Shown here: piece after piece, positions 47,733 through 58,514 of the stretch
Layout of the letters: the number at the start of each line of letters is the position of its first letter
Position numbering within the stretch: the first letter of the stretch is position 1
Assembly (NCBI GenBank): GCA_041746255.1
Contig: JBGTHM010000090.1
Span: 1-63,144, forward strand
Length of the DNA stretch: 63,144 bases
Source of the DNA: Fibrobacteria bacterium
GTDB lineage: Bacteria; Fibrobacterota; Fibrobacteria; UBA11236
Direction: 5' to 3'
Program-made: the position numbers and the translations under genes
Notes under the pieces: generated by a model
The model's database searches: none
The model's input: the letters and a program-made list of their open reading frames with translations, nothing else
What the model was told of the DNA's origin: nothing

Positions 47733-48335
47733 TTGATCACCATTATGTCCATACGTAAACTTGCTCGAGAAATCAAAGATAGGGTCTTCAACCGGGTCCT
47801 TGTCGCCGCCGCCAACGCGCTGACGTTATCCTACCCTTCCTGGCTCCGAGTGTTGAAACTATCTCTGTTACGATTGACCGGAATGCGAATCGCCTCCGAA
47901 GTTTTCATTGATTATGGCTTCCTCTGCTTCTTTCCTGGCAACATCACGATTGCCGGTAATGTTTCCCTGGGACACTACAATCGGATCTGGGCCTTCAATC
48001 CAGTGCACATAGGACCCAACGTTCAGACCGCATTGGGATTGACCATTATTTCCGGAAGCCATAGGGTGGAAGATTATGCTCCCTTGGGCGGGCAGGATGT
48101 GATTCTTGAGGGGGAGAATTGGATTGGTGCCAACGTGACCATTCTCGGCAAGGTTACTATTGGCCGAGGCGCAATAATCGGAGCCGGAGCCCTTGTCACC
48201 GGCAACATTCCCCCCTATAGTATTGCCGTCGGTGTCCCCGCCAAAGTCATCCGCAAGCGCGAACCGGCGGAAACCGTAATGCACCCCTTCGGGACATATC
48301 GTCCGAAATATTTTGAAGGGAATTTTCCCACTTGA
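47733..48335 (+). CDS. Hexapeptide-repeat O/N-acyltransferase
   Basis: WIGANVTILGKVTIGRGAIIGAGALV, GVPAKVI. Confidence 0.9.
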   Translation: MITIMSIRKLAREIKDRVFNRVLVAAANALTLSYPSWLRVLKLSLLRLTGMRIASEVFIDYGFLCFFPGNITIAGNVSLGHYNRIWAFNPVHIGPNVQTALGLTIISGSHRVEDYAPLGGQDVILEGENWIGANVTILGKVTIGRGAIIGAGALVTGNIPPYSIAVGVPAKVIRKREPAETVMHPFGTYRPKYFEGNFPT

Positions 48336-49570
48336 TTTTTTTCTGCGACAATCCCCCGCTTAAAGAGAAAGGGTTCGGCCTCTCGGTGCTTACTTACAAT
48401 CAGCTGCTGGGGCTTGGGAATGCCGTCAGGTACCTTATCACCTTTAGAGGGCAAAATGGGATTACCCGAACCGATATAGTCGGTGACGCGTCTTGGCCCA
48501 CTCTCCTCTGTGACGATATTTTTTCCCGGTTGGTTGAACGGAACCTGAAAGGCAAATTCCGCCGTCTGCTTGAATCCTTCGGATTTCTTGTTTATTTCCC
48601 TAAGGTACTAGCGATCGCCAGGGAAAATCCTACTAGCCCTATTTTTGCACCAATTGGATCATCAGCCTCCCTTTTATGGCGTGTCTTGCTCCTTAAGCTT
48701 TTTACGAGGAATCGAATGTGGCTTTACTTTGTCGATGATATTGAATTTATCAGCAAGCGGTTGGCCCGTCCCTTTGAATTGGCCTGTGCCAAGCTATTAC
48801 TTCCCGCAGCTATAAAGAGCGCCGACCGCGTATTTGTCATCAGTGAGGGTTTGGGAAAGGCCTATTTAGATCGCCATGGAGTCAGCCACCGATTGATCTT
48901 GCCTTGCTTCAGAACGATTGTTCCTCCTCCCCGCAAGCACGAAAAGGACTCCAAAGAATTTATCTTCGTTTTCTCCGGTGGGCTCAGTTTTCTCTACAAC
49001 GATACACTTCTGTTGTTTCAAAGTGCTATTCGCAAATTCAATCTCACACAACCGCCTCGTGGCTGTCGTCTTATCATCCAGACCTATTCACCGAAAAGCC
49101 AGTTCCTGTCGATAGGGTTCGACGAAACAGTGACCGAATATCGAACATCTGAAAGTCGGGGCGACTTTTTATCATATCGGGAGGCTGATTGTTTCCTTAT
49201 CCCTTACTCCTTCGATCCTGAAGCCACCGTCATGGTTTCCACCTCTTTTCCCCAGAAGGTCGCCGAACTGCTCCAAATGTCCAGATCTATTCTCTTTTTT
49301 GGGCCTACCTATAGCTCCGTCATTAGTTTTTTTCAGAAAGCCGGCCTTCCCCACGTGGTAGACTCGTCCGAACCGCACGCGATAGGGAAAGCTATCCGGG
49401 TTCTTACCAGTGCCCCCCCGGAAAACGCTCTTCTGGACAGGTATGCCGCCCTGCATCGCGCTCATTTCTCACCTGAGGCAACGGCATCGGTGCTTGTTTC
49501 GGAAAAAGGATTTACTCATCCTTTTGGAGTGCCCCATCGGGAAAGGGCGGTAGGAGACCGAAATGATTAA
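48332..49570 (+). CDS. Putative GT-B glycosyltransferase (divergent)
   Basis: ADRVFVIS, FVFSGG, ADCFLIP, SFPQKVAELL, ILFFGP. Confidence 0.6.
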   Translation: MIFFCDNPPLKEKGFGLSVLTYNQLLGLGNAVRYLITFRGQNGITRTDIVGDASWPTLLCDDIFSRLVERNLKGKFRRLLESFGFLVYFPKVLAIARENPTSPIFAPIGSSASLLWRVLLLKLFTRNRMWLYFVDDIEFISKRLARPFELACAKLLLPAAIKSADRVFVISEGLGKAYLDRHGVSHRLILPCFRTIVPPPRKHEKDSKEFIFVFSGGLSFLYNDTLLLFQSAIRKFNLTQPPRGCRLIIQTYSPKSQFLSIGFDETVTEYRTSESRGDFLSYREADCFLIPYSFDPEATVMVSTSFPQKVAELLQMSRSILFFGPTYSSVISFFQKAGLPHVVDSSEPHAIGKAIRVLTSAPPENALLDRYAALHRAHFSPEATASVLVSEKGFTHPFGVPHRERAVGDRND

Positions 49571-50561
49571 AGTCCGATTTCTTCCCTATCAAGCCCATTG
49601 CTTCGCCTTTGGAGGGTTCGAAATCCATATGCTTCGAGACCTGGAATACCTTCGCAGTCTGCCTTTGGAAGTTGAAAAAATGGACATCTGGAGTCGCGAT
49701 GCAAATTTTGATGTGCTGCATCTTTGGGGTCTAGGCCTGGGAAGCTTAGTAAATGCCCGTTGGGCAAAACGCTCAGGAAAGAAGATAGTTGTAACGGCCT
49801 TGGTAAGTTACTTTGAGAAAATGTACCAGAGGGTAGGTTTTTTTGCAAAATATGCCACCGGTGAGGAGCGGCTAAATGTTGAGTTAGCAGGTCTGGCCGA
49901 TGCGGTGGTTGTCCTCAATGACAGGCAGGCGGAGGTCCTCAATCGATATTACCGGGTACCGGCGAATCGTATTGCCGTTATCCCGAATGCTGTTAACGAA
50001 AAGATTTTTTCCGGAAATCCCCTCGCTTTTCACGCGGACTATACTCCTCGAGATTTCGTATTGTGCACCGGTAATATCTGCAGTCGCAAAAATCAGCTCC
50101 GCCTCGCAAAGGCTTGCGCGGATGCAGGCCTTCCTCTGGTAATCATTGGCGCGTGCCTTCAAGGAGAGGAGGCTTACGGAGCAAAGTTAACCGATCTGTT
50201 CCAAAAAAATCCGGAGTTTCTTTGGATCAAGGAGCTACCAAATGATTCGGCGATTCTTCGGGCGGCTTATCACGCATGCTCGATATTTGCTCTGCTCAGC
50301 CACCGTGAACAGCAACCAATTAGCGCCTTGGAGGCGGCCGCAGCGGGCAAACCTCTTTTGTTGGCAAACTTGCAATGGGCGAAACAAACTTTTTACCAGA
50401 ATGCCGCCTTGGCCAATCCCAAGTCCACTGGGGATATCGCAACTGGGCTTCGCAGCGTTTACAACCAACCTGCAAATTTTGCAGTTCCGAGAAACGTCAT
50501 TGAAAAGTGCCGCCTACCCGAAATAGGTCAAGCATACTTCCGTTTGTATAAATCCCTCTGA
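49563..50561 (+). CDS. Glycosyltransferase family 4
   Basis: VIPNAV, RKNQLRL, EQQPISALEAAAAG. Confidence 0.85.
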   Translation: MIKVRFLPYQAHCFAFGGFEIHMLRDLEYLRSLPLEVEKMDIWSRDANFDVLHLWGLGLGSLVNARWAKRSGKKIVVTALVSYFEKMYQRVGFFAKYATGEERLNVELAGLADAVVVLNDRQAEVLNRYYRVPANRIAVIPNAVNEKIFSGNPLAFHADYTPRDFVLCTGNICSRKNQLRLAKACADAGLPLVIIGACLQGEEAYGAKLTDLFQKNPEFLWIKELPNDSAILRAAYHACSIFALLSHREQQPISALEAAAAGKPLLLANLQWAKQTFYQNAALANPKSTGDIATGLRSVYNQPANFAVPRNVIEKCRLPEIGQAYFRLYKSL

Positions 50562-50604
50562 TCAGGCAATATTTGGGTACATTCATGTTGTTCTTGCCTT
50601 AAAG

Positions 50605-50634
50605 TTGAGGGTCATCATTGACCCTGGACCTCAA
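50605..50634. terminator. Possible hairpin between the convergent operons B and C
   Basis: AGGGTCA-TCAT-TGACCCT (50608-50625); no clear U-tract. Confidence 0.3.
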
Positions 50635-50670
50635 ATCAATAATGTCCCCTTGAGATTGAGTTTATATTTG

Positions 50671-51816
50671 CTAACTGGACGTCGCTGAAACCAAATTGAC
50701 GTAGAGTTCCTCGGTACGGCTAATCATGTTCTCCACTGAAAACCTCGGAGCGATGAGTTTTGCTTCCGCCGAATAATCCTTCCTCAATTTTTCGTCGCTC
50801 AACAATTCGCCAATAGCATTTGCCAAAAGCTCCGGATTTCCGATAGGCACAATATACCCATTCCTACCATTAGCTACCACGTTGCTGGCCCCCGCCACTG
50901 CGGTCGTGACAATGGGAAGGCCTGTAGCCACAGCCTCCAACAACACATAGGGCATTCCTTCGTATTTGCTTGATAGGACAAATATGTCGAAAGATGTCAT
51001 AGCATCCGCTCCGTTTTGGAGGCCCAGAAAATGGATTTTATCCTCCACACCAAGGTGCGATGCCAAAGTCTCCAAGGTGAGACGTAATGGCCCTTCACCG
51101 ACAATAGCTAGCCTCGCCTGAGGAACTTCTCTGGAAACCATGCCAAAGGCTCGAAGCAGGTTCCCGGGGTCTTTTTGATCAGTTAGCCTACCCACAAACC
51201 CTATGATCATGGACTCAGGTGGGAAACCGAAATCTTTCCGTCTGTCCGGCAGCCGGTTGCATGTTCCCAGGTCGATACCGTTTTCGATGACATGAATCAA
51301 CTCCTCGGAAATTCCAATGGAGGCCGCATGCCGCTTTTCATCTTCCGAAACAGCGATAATCTTGTCCGTTATTAGGGATAGACTCCATTCAACGAGCCCA
51401 TAAATAACCTTGGCGATGCCTTTAATGCCAGGATTGGCGGTTATGAAGGCATTAGGTGTATAAAGAACTTTTGCCCTGCTCCCAATTCCGACCAGCTTCG
51501 CCAGCGCACCGCCTTTTGAGCTGTGGCCGTGGATAATATCGAAAGGTCCATTCTGACGCAGGTAAAGGCGTATTTTCCATGTGGCGAGCAAATCACCTGG
51601 ATAAGGTGAACGTCTCATCCGAAGTTGGTATTGTGAAAACTTACCGTCGAGGATTTCTCCTAGCCTTTTCTCGAAATGGATATCGCTGCGCACTGGACTG
51701 TAGACCAGATGGACGACATGACCACTTCTCAGCAACCCCTCGGTCAGATCCAGAACATGCTTGCCCACTCCGGCATGGGATGCTTCGACTATTAGCAATA
51801 TCTTCATCTTATCCAT
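50671..51816 (-). CDS. Glycosyltransferase family 4
   Basis: HGHSSKGG, IENGID, FVGRL, EGMPYVLLEA; start set at ATG 51816 (51807 also possible). Confidence 0.9.
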   Translation of the reverse strand: MDKMKILLIVEASHAGVGKHVLDLTEGLLRSGHVVHLVYSPVRSDIHFEKRLGEILDGKFSQYQLRMRRSPYPGDLLATWKIRLYLRQNGPFDIIHGHSSKGGALAKLVGIGSRAKVLYTPNAFITANPGIKGIAKVIYGLVEWSLSLITDKIIAVSEDEKRHAASIGISEELIHVIENGIDLGTCNRLPDRRKDFGFPPESMIIGFVGRLTDQKDPGNLLRAFGMVSREVPQARLAIVGEGPLRLTLETLASHLGVEDKIHFLGLQNGADAMTSFDIFVLSSKYEGMPYVLLEAVATGLPIVTTAVAGASNVVANGRNGYIVPIGNPELLANAIGELLSDEKLRKDYSAEAKLIAPRFSVENMISRTEELYVNLVSATSS

Positions 51817-52984
51817 CCCGTCCGAGGGCCTTCTTGTATAAGGATTCCAACGCCTCCACGTAGATCCCAATTGAAAAGCGATTCCGATAATCCTCGTATC
51901 CTGACAATCCCAATGCCTTTCGCCGCACCTCATCTTCCATCAGGGAAACAATCGAATCCCTGAGGGCGTCTTGGTTCCTCGCTTCAAATAAAAGACCATT
52001 TCGACCGTCACGGATGATCTCCGCCGGCCCCTCCACCCTGCTGGCGATGACCGGAAGGGATGCGCGGAAAGCCTCAAGTATTACAATCCCCAGCCCTTCA
52101 AAAACTGACGGTAGGACGAATAGGTCGGCGACCGCGAAAAATAGTTCGGGATTTTTCGTAACCCCACGGAATTCTATTCTATCCCTACTCCTTAACTTAT
52201 TTCTCACTCCCATCAGGTAATCTGCCTCGTTTCCTTCTCCAATGATAATCAGTCTCGTTGGCGGTGATTCGGGAGGAATACTATCGAAGGCCCTCAATAA
52301 AGTATCCACTGATTTCTGAATGTGAAGCCTCCCGACGAACAGGATGCAGAAATCCTCACCGGGAATTGCAAGCGCCCGCCGGAGGTTTTCACGTGATTCG
52401 CTTATGTGGAAATCGGGGATCGCATTGTAGATAATATGAATTCCTGATGAAGGCACCCTTAAAACTTCACGAACATGAGTTGCGACACATTGCGAAATAG
52501 CAACTATTTGGCAGTTCCGGGCAATGGTTCCGAAGAAGATTCTGTAGGTCAAGAAAATGATCCGGTCCTTCCAATTCCACTTGAACCAGATATTGTGCAT
52601 AGTACAAAAGCGTTGAACTACGAGACAAGCACAGGCCAACATACCATAAAAGTCACCATGGCCAAGATGGGTGTGCACGATGTCGGGAGCGATTGATTTA
52701 ATCGCCTTTCTTAGCTTGGAAATTGAAAGAGCCCCCCCCATCGGTATGTGTCGTATTTGGACGGATGGATGAAAGCTCGGACCGAGCAAGGGTTCGTCTT
52801 TAAGGTAAATCACGTGAATTTCAACCCGGCTATGCATGTGATTGCATACGTTCAATAGCAGTCTTTCGGCTCCGCCGTAGGTGAGGCCGGTAATGATGTG
52901 CAGCACCCGGATTTGCTTCGTACCTGCGATCCTTCCCTCGCCCGTTGATGTCCAAGACGCTAGAGCTAGATTCTCTTCAGCCAC
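51809..52984 (-). CDS. Glycosyltransferase family 4
   Basis: GGAERL, PDIVHTH, FVGRL, EGLGIVILEA. Confidence 0.9.
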   Translation of the reverse strand: MAEENLALASWTSTGEGRIAGTKQIRVLHIITGLTYGGAERLLLNVCNHMHSRVEIHVIYLKDEPLLGPSFHPSVQIRHIPMGGALSISKLRKAIKSIAPDIVHTHLGHGDFYGMLACACLVVQRFCTMHNIWFKWNWKDRIIFLTYRIFFGTIARNCQIVAISQCVATHVREVLRVPSSGIHIIYNAIPDFHISESRENLRRALAIPGEDFCILFVGRLHIQKSVDTLLRAFDSIPPESPPTRLIIIGEGNEADYLMGVRNKLRSRDRIEFRGVTKNPELFFAVADLFVLPSVFEGLGIVILEAFRASLPVIASRVEGPAEIIRDGRNGLLFEARNQDALRDSIVSLMEDEVRRKALGLSGYEDYRNRFSIGIYVEALESLYKKALGRDG

Positions 52985-53751
52985 CGTGCCTTCACTTTCG
53001 CTGCAATTCGTGATCGATAATAAAATCCATTGAAAGCAAGGTAGTCCAGGGGGCCATAAGAAAAATTCCGAGCCAACACCTTTCGATATTCCAAATAGAC
53101 TTTCCTCTCATTCTCCGGATTTTGCGTCTTACTATCATCATGAACCCTGAATTTCCCCAGCATTTTTTGTATTCGTGCGAAGCGGAACTTCTTTGACGAC
53201 TGGGAATAGAAATCAATGTCCATGCAGTAGTTCAATCCAAGATCTAACTCGCCGTAGGCTTCGAAAACGTGCCGGCGCCAAAACACCGTAGGCTGCACAG
53301 GGGCGAAACGACCATGGCCGAAAAGCCAGGGGTTCCAGGCGGGTGGATGCACGTCGCATATCCAACTCCCATCCGGGGAGATTTGCTGGTATTCCCCGTA
53401 TACTAGATCGACTTCCGTATTCTTATTAAAGAAATCTGCCACTGTTTCCAGTGCATCCGGAAAATAGAGGTCGTCGGCATTTTGCCAGGCAAATATTTCC
53501 CCTGTTGCCCGTTTGAAGCCCTTGTTGATCGCATCGGATTGTCCCTTGTCCTTCTCCGATGTCCATAGAATGTGTGGGTGGCTTTTAAGGATTGAGAGGG
53601 TATTATCGGTAGACCCGCCATCCATTACTATGTGCTCAACATTCCGATATGTTTGGGCGGCAATGTTCCTGATGGTCTCATCCACATATTTTCCGGTGTT
53701 GAAGCACGGCGTCACAATTGAAAATTTCAGATTATTCATTGACTCCTTCAT
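52966..53751 (-). CDS. Glycosyltransferase family 2
   Basis: SIVTPCFN, MDGGSTD, GQSDAINKG, NADD. Confidence 0.92.
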   Translation of the reverse strand: MKESMNNLKFSIVTPCFNTGKYVDETIRNIAAQTYRNVEHIVMDGGSTDNTLSILKSHPHILWTSEKDKGQSDAINKGFKRATGEIFAWQNADDLYFPDALETVADFFNKNTEVDLVYGEYQQISPDGSWICDVHPPAWNPWLFGHGRFAPVQPTVFWRRHVFEAYGELDLGLNYCMDIDFYSQSSKKFRFARIQKMLGKFRVHDDSKTQNPENERKVYLEYRKVLARNFSYGPLDYLAFNGFYYRSRIAAKVKARWLKRI

Positions 53752-54970
53752 GTCTTTTTTTGTGGATTTCGGTGTAGGCCATTTGCACTATCGCTACTGA
53801 AATCCAGAACGGGGCATGGTAAAAATCCCCGACAATGTTGAAATGTATGATCGAACCAAAGAATGGCAAAATGAAATAAATTGCTGCCCTACTCGGCAAT
53901 GCTAGCACCCGCAAACCGACTATGGATAAGAATAGGCATAAAAGCAGGAAGTTTACAGCGCCCAAATCCGCGAGCACTGTTAAGAACATACTGTGGTAAC
54001 CCGAACCAAGACTTTCTATTCCATAACCAGGGCCTTGTCCGAAAACAGGACTATCCCTCCAGTTCTCCAGAGCCTTGGTCCAAGTTTCCGTTCTGATGGA
54101 AGCCGACCCGCTGCTCTGAGACATGGCTAGCTTCATCACGAGGTCTCTCGTGACATCACCAAGAAAAAAGGCAAGCTTTTCGCGATATAGGAATGCCAAG
54201 CCCGTGCAGATAACTATGGAGGGAAATGCGTACGTCCTTAGGAACCATGCAGCCGACTCCAATCGAAACAACGATGCTAGAATTGCCATTGATACGGCTA
54301 TTACTATTCCAGCGATTGAAGTTAAGAAAAGTAGGGAAAGCACATAGAGGGTGCATAGGGTTATGAATCGCTTCGTTTGCCCCTCCCCTTCAAAGTGCCA
54401 GAGTCCAATCGGACATATAACATTTAGAAAAAGGGCCATTGACCCCGGCTCTTCGGCAGTACCCGCTACCGACTTGAAGATCCCGCGAAGAAAAAAATCC
54501 ATGTTGGACGTGCCTGGTCCGCCCGTTGTGAATAGCGGACGAATCTTTAGGTCATAGAGATTTAGTAGCAAAAATTCCACAACTATTATCACGCAGCATG
54601 TCATGGCGCTATAAGCGACTACGCCGGATATTTTTCGTGAATCCCAACCAGACTCCCTTGCGACAACTTTAGTAAGAGTAAGGTAAAACATGCAGGAGAA
54701 GGAGAAAGCCATAAGGTGGTTGAGACTCCTTGTTCCGCCGAAACCCAATGCCCAGGATATCGTGGCGATGGTCATGAAGATGTAGAGGAGAACATCTTCC
54801 GGATCCTCAAAATAACACAAGGGCCTATTAAACACCATCGCAAACAACTTCGGCGCATGCAATAATGCCACGGCAAGGATCAGCGCCACGGGAAGCCTTA
54901 GCCACGTCGAAATTGCAAGCCACGTCGTGAAGGGGGCGAAAAAAACAAAAAGGGAAAGCGTTGAGGGCAT
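53732..54970 (-). CDS. O-antigen ligase/polymerase (Wzy_C) family protein
   Basis: Multi-TM; EPGS, S..IR...W, PVFGQGPG, YHSMFLTVLADLG. Confidence 0.8.
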   Translation of the reverse strand: MPSTLSLFVFFAPFTTWLAISTWLRLPVALILAVALLHAPKLFAMVFNRPLCYFEDPEDVLLYIFMTIATISWALGFGGTRSLNHLMAFSFSCMFYLTLTKVVARESGWDSRKISGVVAYSAMTCCVIIVVEFLLLNLYDLKIRPLFTTGGPGTSNMDFFLRGIFKSVAGTAEEPGSMALFLNVICPIGLWHFEGEGQTKRFITLCTLYVLSLLFLTSIAGIVIAVSMAILASLFRLESAAWFLRTYAFPSIVICTGLAFLYREKLAFFLGDVTRDLVMKLAMSQSSGSASIRTETWTKALENWRDSPVFGQGPGYGIESLGSGYHSMFLTVLADLGAVNFLLLCLFLSIVGLRVLALPSRAAIYFILPFFGSIIHFNIVGDFYHAPFWISVAIVQMAYTEIHKKRHEGVNE

Positions 54971-55002
54971 CGGCAGTGGTTTGTTATTTACCGGTAGAGC
55001 GC

Positions 55003-55977
55003 CTACGAGGTTTTACGGCTTCTCCAAGCAGCGGTGAAATAATGGATCATGACGCTGAATATGGCTCCCAGAATTATTCCTGCCATACTGATCACTAGAT
55101 ATGCCTTTGCACCCAGTCTGTCACCCGGTCCAAGTGGATATTGCGGACTGGCTATTACCTCAATGAGAGGCATCTCCTTCCTTTCCTCAATTTTCGCCAA
55201 CTCAACCTGTTTCTTTAGCTGTAGGAAAACCTCTTGACTTATTTCTATGTCCCTATGGTGACGGCTTGCGGCAAGAGTTAGCGAGGCGGTGGAAATACTT
55301 TGATTCGCCAGAGAAAAAGCCAGGAATTTTTCCTCGTTCGCCTTTAATTCCGCCTCGACCTCCTTGAGCCTAGTTTCGATAAATTTGCGGTTTTCGCTGG
55401 CCTGAGACTTGTTGTTGAGGAGGAGGTATTCATTCAATAGGTCTACAATGTAACGATTCGCCTCATAGGCAATCTCAGCTTGATCAAATCTCGTTGTCAA
55501 CGCCACAAGCCCCGGCCGCACGTTCTTCTCTACCAGTAAGTACTTTCCTGTTTTAAAGCGATGAATTTGCTCTCGCAGTTGTCTATACCCATCCCTTTCA
55601 CTCTTTGTAGTATCGCCTCGTCCCCAAATCTCTACCAGAGCCATGCTGTCATTCCCAAGATTCCACCTCTTCTGCAAAACTTTTTCAATGAATTCATTAG
55701 TAAAGAGGATTACATCGAAGTAGGCTGAAATATTGGATTTATTTCCATCTCCCGAACGGACGCCTACCAAGGCTGCCAAGTCAGAAATGGGATTCTCCCC
55801 CCCGCCCGTTTTGAAAATAAATTGCGACTGCGCGGTGTAGCGTACCGGCGTTGTCAAGTAAATTACCAATGCTATGAACTGGGAAATTATGACAAATGTG
55901 AAAATTACCATTTTCCGGGATCGCATAATGGCCAACAGCTGGAAAATGTCCGTATTTTCTTCGTTATGACTTTTCAT
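55003..55977 (-). CDS. wzz: Wzz/polysaccharide co-polymerase
   Basis: TDIFQLL, TM1 followed by PVRY, coiled coil, IEVIASP then TM2; start set at ATG 55977. Confidence 0.82.
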   Translation of the reverse strand: MKSHNEENTDIFQLLAIMRSRKMVIFTFVIISQFIALVIYLTTPVRYTAQSQFIFKTGGGENPISDLAALVGVRSGDGNKSNISAYFDVILFTNEFIEKVLQKRWNLGNDSMALVEIWGRGDTTKSERDGYRQLREQIHRFKTGKYLLVEKNVRPGLVALTTRFDQAEIAYEANRYIVDLLNEYLLLNNKSQASENRKFIETRLKEVEAELKANEEKFLAFSLANQSISTASLTLAASRHHRDIEISQEVFLQLKKQVELAKIEERKEMPLIEVIASPQYPLGPGDRLGAKAYLVISMAGIILGAIFSVMIHYFTAAWRSRKTS

Positions 55978-55987
55978 AAAAACCTTT

Positions 55988-56974
55988 TCACGTAAAATCT
56001 TCTTCGCATTCTTGCTTCCAATGCTGCAAAGCGCTCTCAAAAGTGTAGCTGAAAACGAAGCCCCGATCGATAAGGTACTGGGGCTTTATGTTGGTCGGGA
56101 AGGCCATCTTCTTTACGCGCACAGGGTGGATCGGCGATGTCCTGCGAAAAAGGCTCGAGATGAACTGCATTATTCGGGCGATAAAAATCAAAAGGGATAT
56201 AGGCATTCTTGGGATTGGACTTTTTTTTCCCAGGACTCTCTTGATTGCTTTGGACATCCCCTCCAAATTCAGTAGGGGGTGCTGGGCGAAATTATAAACT
56301 ATATATGGATCTTTCTTCTTTTCCAAAACAAAATTCACACTTTTGACAAAGTCGTAGATATAACCATACGCCTTTGTGATGTGCGGATCTCCTGGAAAAA
56401 AGAAATAGCCCCGTTTAATTGCCTTGACCATACGCTTTACATTACCAACGTCCCTGGGGCCGAATATTACGCTCGGCCTACAAATGATGAGCCGTCGATT
56501 TTGGCCAGAGGCAAACCAGGTTTGATGGATCTTTTCCCCCACCAGCTTAGATACGCCGTAGGGGGTTTCCGGGTACTGCCCCGCGGTTTCAATTGTCGGT
56601 TCGGGGATATAACCATAGGAAGACATGGTGCTAGTGAAAAAAATGTTGTGGCAGCCTACCCGCTCCGCGAAGCTACAAACATTCTCGGCGCCCTTTATAT
56701 TGGTATCGAAGTACTCACGAGCCTCAAATCCAGGTTCCCGGCATAGTGCCGCTAAATTAAAGATCCAACTCTCCACCGTATCGTATTCTCCCACTTCAAT
56801 CTCGATAGGTTCTCTTACATCTGTGCGAATGTACTGGTATTTCATATGGACGAAATTCCATTCAACCAGATCGAAGTTAAGGATGGCATCAAAATGCTCG
56901 CTCTCCACTAGATTCCGTATCAGAAATTTTCCGATATAGCCCGACCCTCCAAATATGAACGCAATTTTTTTCAT
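55988..56974 (-). CDS. NAD-dependent epimerase/dehydratase
   Basis: GGSGYIG, NLAA, FTSTMSSYG, YGVSK, RPSVIFG. Confidence 0.9.
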   Translation of the reverse strand: MKKIAFIFGGSGYIGKFLIRNLVESEHFDAILNFDLVEWNFVHMKYQYIRTDVREPIEIEVGEYDTVESWIFNLAALCREPGFEAREYFDTNIKGAENVCSFAERVGCHNIFFTSTMSSYGYIPEPTIETAGQYPETPYGVSKLVGEKIHQTWFASGQNRRLIICRPSVIFGPRDVGNVKRMVKAIKRGYFFFPGDPHITKAYGYIYDFVKSVNFVLEKKKDPYIVYNFAQHPLLNLEGMSKAIKRVLGKKSPIPRMPISLLIFIARIMQFISSLFRRTSPIHPVRVKKMAFPTNIKPQYLIDRGFVFSYTFESALQHWKQECEEDFT

Positions 56975-56998
56975 TTTTTCAAAGTCCAGCTTATGCAG

Positions 56999-58489
56999 TC
57001 AGTAATAAAATCCTATCCTCCCGGATAAGGCGAATTGCGGCCGAAGATCGGCGGTTGCTTCCATTGACAAACGGCCGATTGTGTAATGGACATGTGGCGA
57101 AACTTTAAAATTTGGTTCCACTCCCTGTATGAAGTAGGGCCGGCTTAGGTGATCCTGAGCATTGTATTCATCAAAGACACCAGACCCCCTATCATTGCCC
57201 TTCCAAAGCCAGGATACCTGAAGTCCAGCATAATACTTCTTTTCAACTCTTCCAAAAACCTTTCCTGTCAACCATTGAGAATTCGGACCTTGGGGATTGC
57301 CCAATGGCCGGTCCAAATTGGCCGATTGAGCGAAAGATTTAGCGAAGTGAGTGTAAACCCACGGTTGCACTCGGCTGTACTCCATTACTGTCCCCCATTG
57401 CACCTCAGCGGCGTCCGCAATCATGTGTAATCCCACCATCCACGCCCATTTATTTTGATTGTAACTTTTCATCAGCAAAGAAGAAGGTGATTCCATGTCG
57501 TCTAGGAGGAACTCTGTGTATACCATGCCCCGACCCGGTTGGCGGTAAGCAGCGTCGAATGAAATATTCCCATTATTAGAGCCTTCATGCATTAAGCCCT
57601 TGGCCATGAAGAGTGGAAATATCGGGGTAAAGAGAAAAGGCTTATTTTCCCCCATAATTATGAGTTGCTCAGAGATGGCGAACGTTACATTCTGGGAAAT
57701 GACCAATTCATATCTATGTCCATACAAATGCCTTTTTTCCCGAGATATTTCTGCCTGTCCCACAGCTAATCCTCCATAAAGGCTCGATACCGTCAATGGG
57801 CCCAGACTGGTAGTGAAGGATATGCGATCGAAAGGCACGGCATTTTGGTTGAACGTCAGGTTGGTAAATATTCCCGGTCCCCAGTGCACAGCATCTCTAG
57901 CGACGACAAATCTTCCAAAAGCCAAGTCTAATGAGAGGTTGCCTCGATATCGAGCGTAAGAGACATAGTCTATGGTGCCGGTGGCGTTCGCGTCTTGACG
58001 ATCGAAAGGCTCGCCATCGAATGCAACGCTATCCTCTCTAGAGACACTTTCGACGAAAAGCCGCCCATCCAGGTAGAACGATACGGGTTCCTTGGCCCCC
58101 GACAGTATTGCACCACCATCCGTCGCCAAGGAGGAAGATCCATAGTACCTGTATTCCTGTCCAACTACAGGCCTAAATCGGATCATTTCGTTTTTCTCCA
58201 CGTCCGCATATTCGAGTTGAGCCTGCTCTTGGCAGGCGCTTCTTTCCGACTCATATTGGCAGGATCGCGGAAAAATGAAAGACATGGGATTTGTTTGCCT
58301 GATGAGGCTCCCATGTCTCTTCTCGATCAAAAATGGTATGTGATTCCTTAGTGTATATGGATGATCGAGTGAGGTGTCATGATTTGGCTGAAATGCAACA
58401 ACCGGAACGAACAGGAATGCAACTGATGCACATATTAGAAAAAATAGATGCGGGATTTTTATCAGCATACACTTGAGTGGAACCAACAA
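56999..58489 (-). CDS. Outer-membrane capsule assembly Wzi-like protein
   Basis: RDAVHWGPG, GHRYE, ISEQ, EFLLDD, PWVYTH, PLGNPQGPNS, aromatic C-terminus; start uncertain. Confidence 0.75.
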   Translation of the reverse strand: MLVPLKCMLIKIPHLFFLICASVAFLFVPVVAFQPNHDTSLDHPYTLRNHIPFLIEKRHGSLIRQTNPMSFIFPRSCQYESERSACQEQAQLEYADVEKNEMIRFRPVVGQEYRYYGSSSLATDGGAILSGAKEPVSFYLDGRLFVESVSREDSVAFDGEPFDRQDANATGTIDYVSYARYRGNLSLDLAFGRFVVARDAVHWGPGIFTNLTFNQNAVPFDRISFTTSLGPLTVSSLYGGLAVGQAEISREKRHLYGHRYELVISQNVTFAISEQLIIMGENKPFLFTPIFPLFMAKGLMHEGSNNGNISFDAAYRQPGRGMVYTEFLLDDMESPSSLLMKSYNQNKWAWMVGLHMIADAAEVQWGTVMEYSRVQPWVYTHFAKSFAQSANLDRPLGNPQGPNSQWLTGKVFGRVEKKYYAGLQVSWLWKGNDRGSGVFDEYNAQDHLSRPYFIQGVEPNFKVSPHVHYTIGRLSMEATADLRPQFALSGRIGFYY

Positions 58490-58514
58490 TTACCAGAGGC
58501 TATAAATTTCATTT

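Noticed and set aside
49546..49553. ops/JUMPstart element GGCGGTAG
   Set aside because: It lies at the end of a coding sequence near the end of the operon and overlaps the next gene's AGGAG ribosome-binding site, not in a leader.
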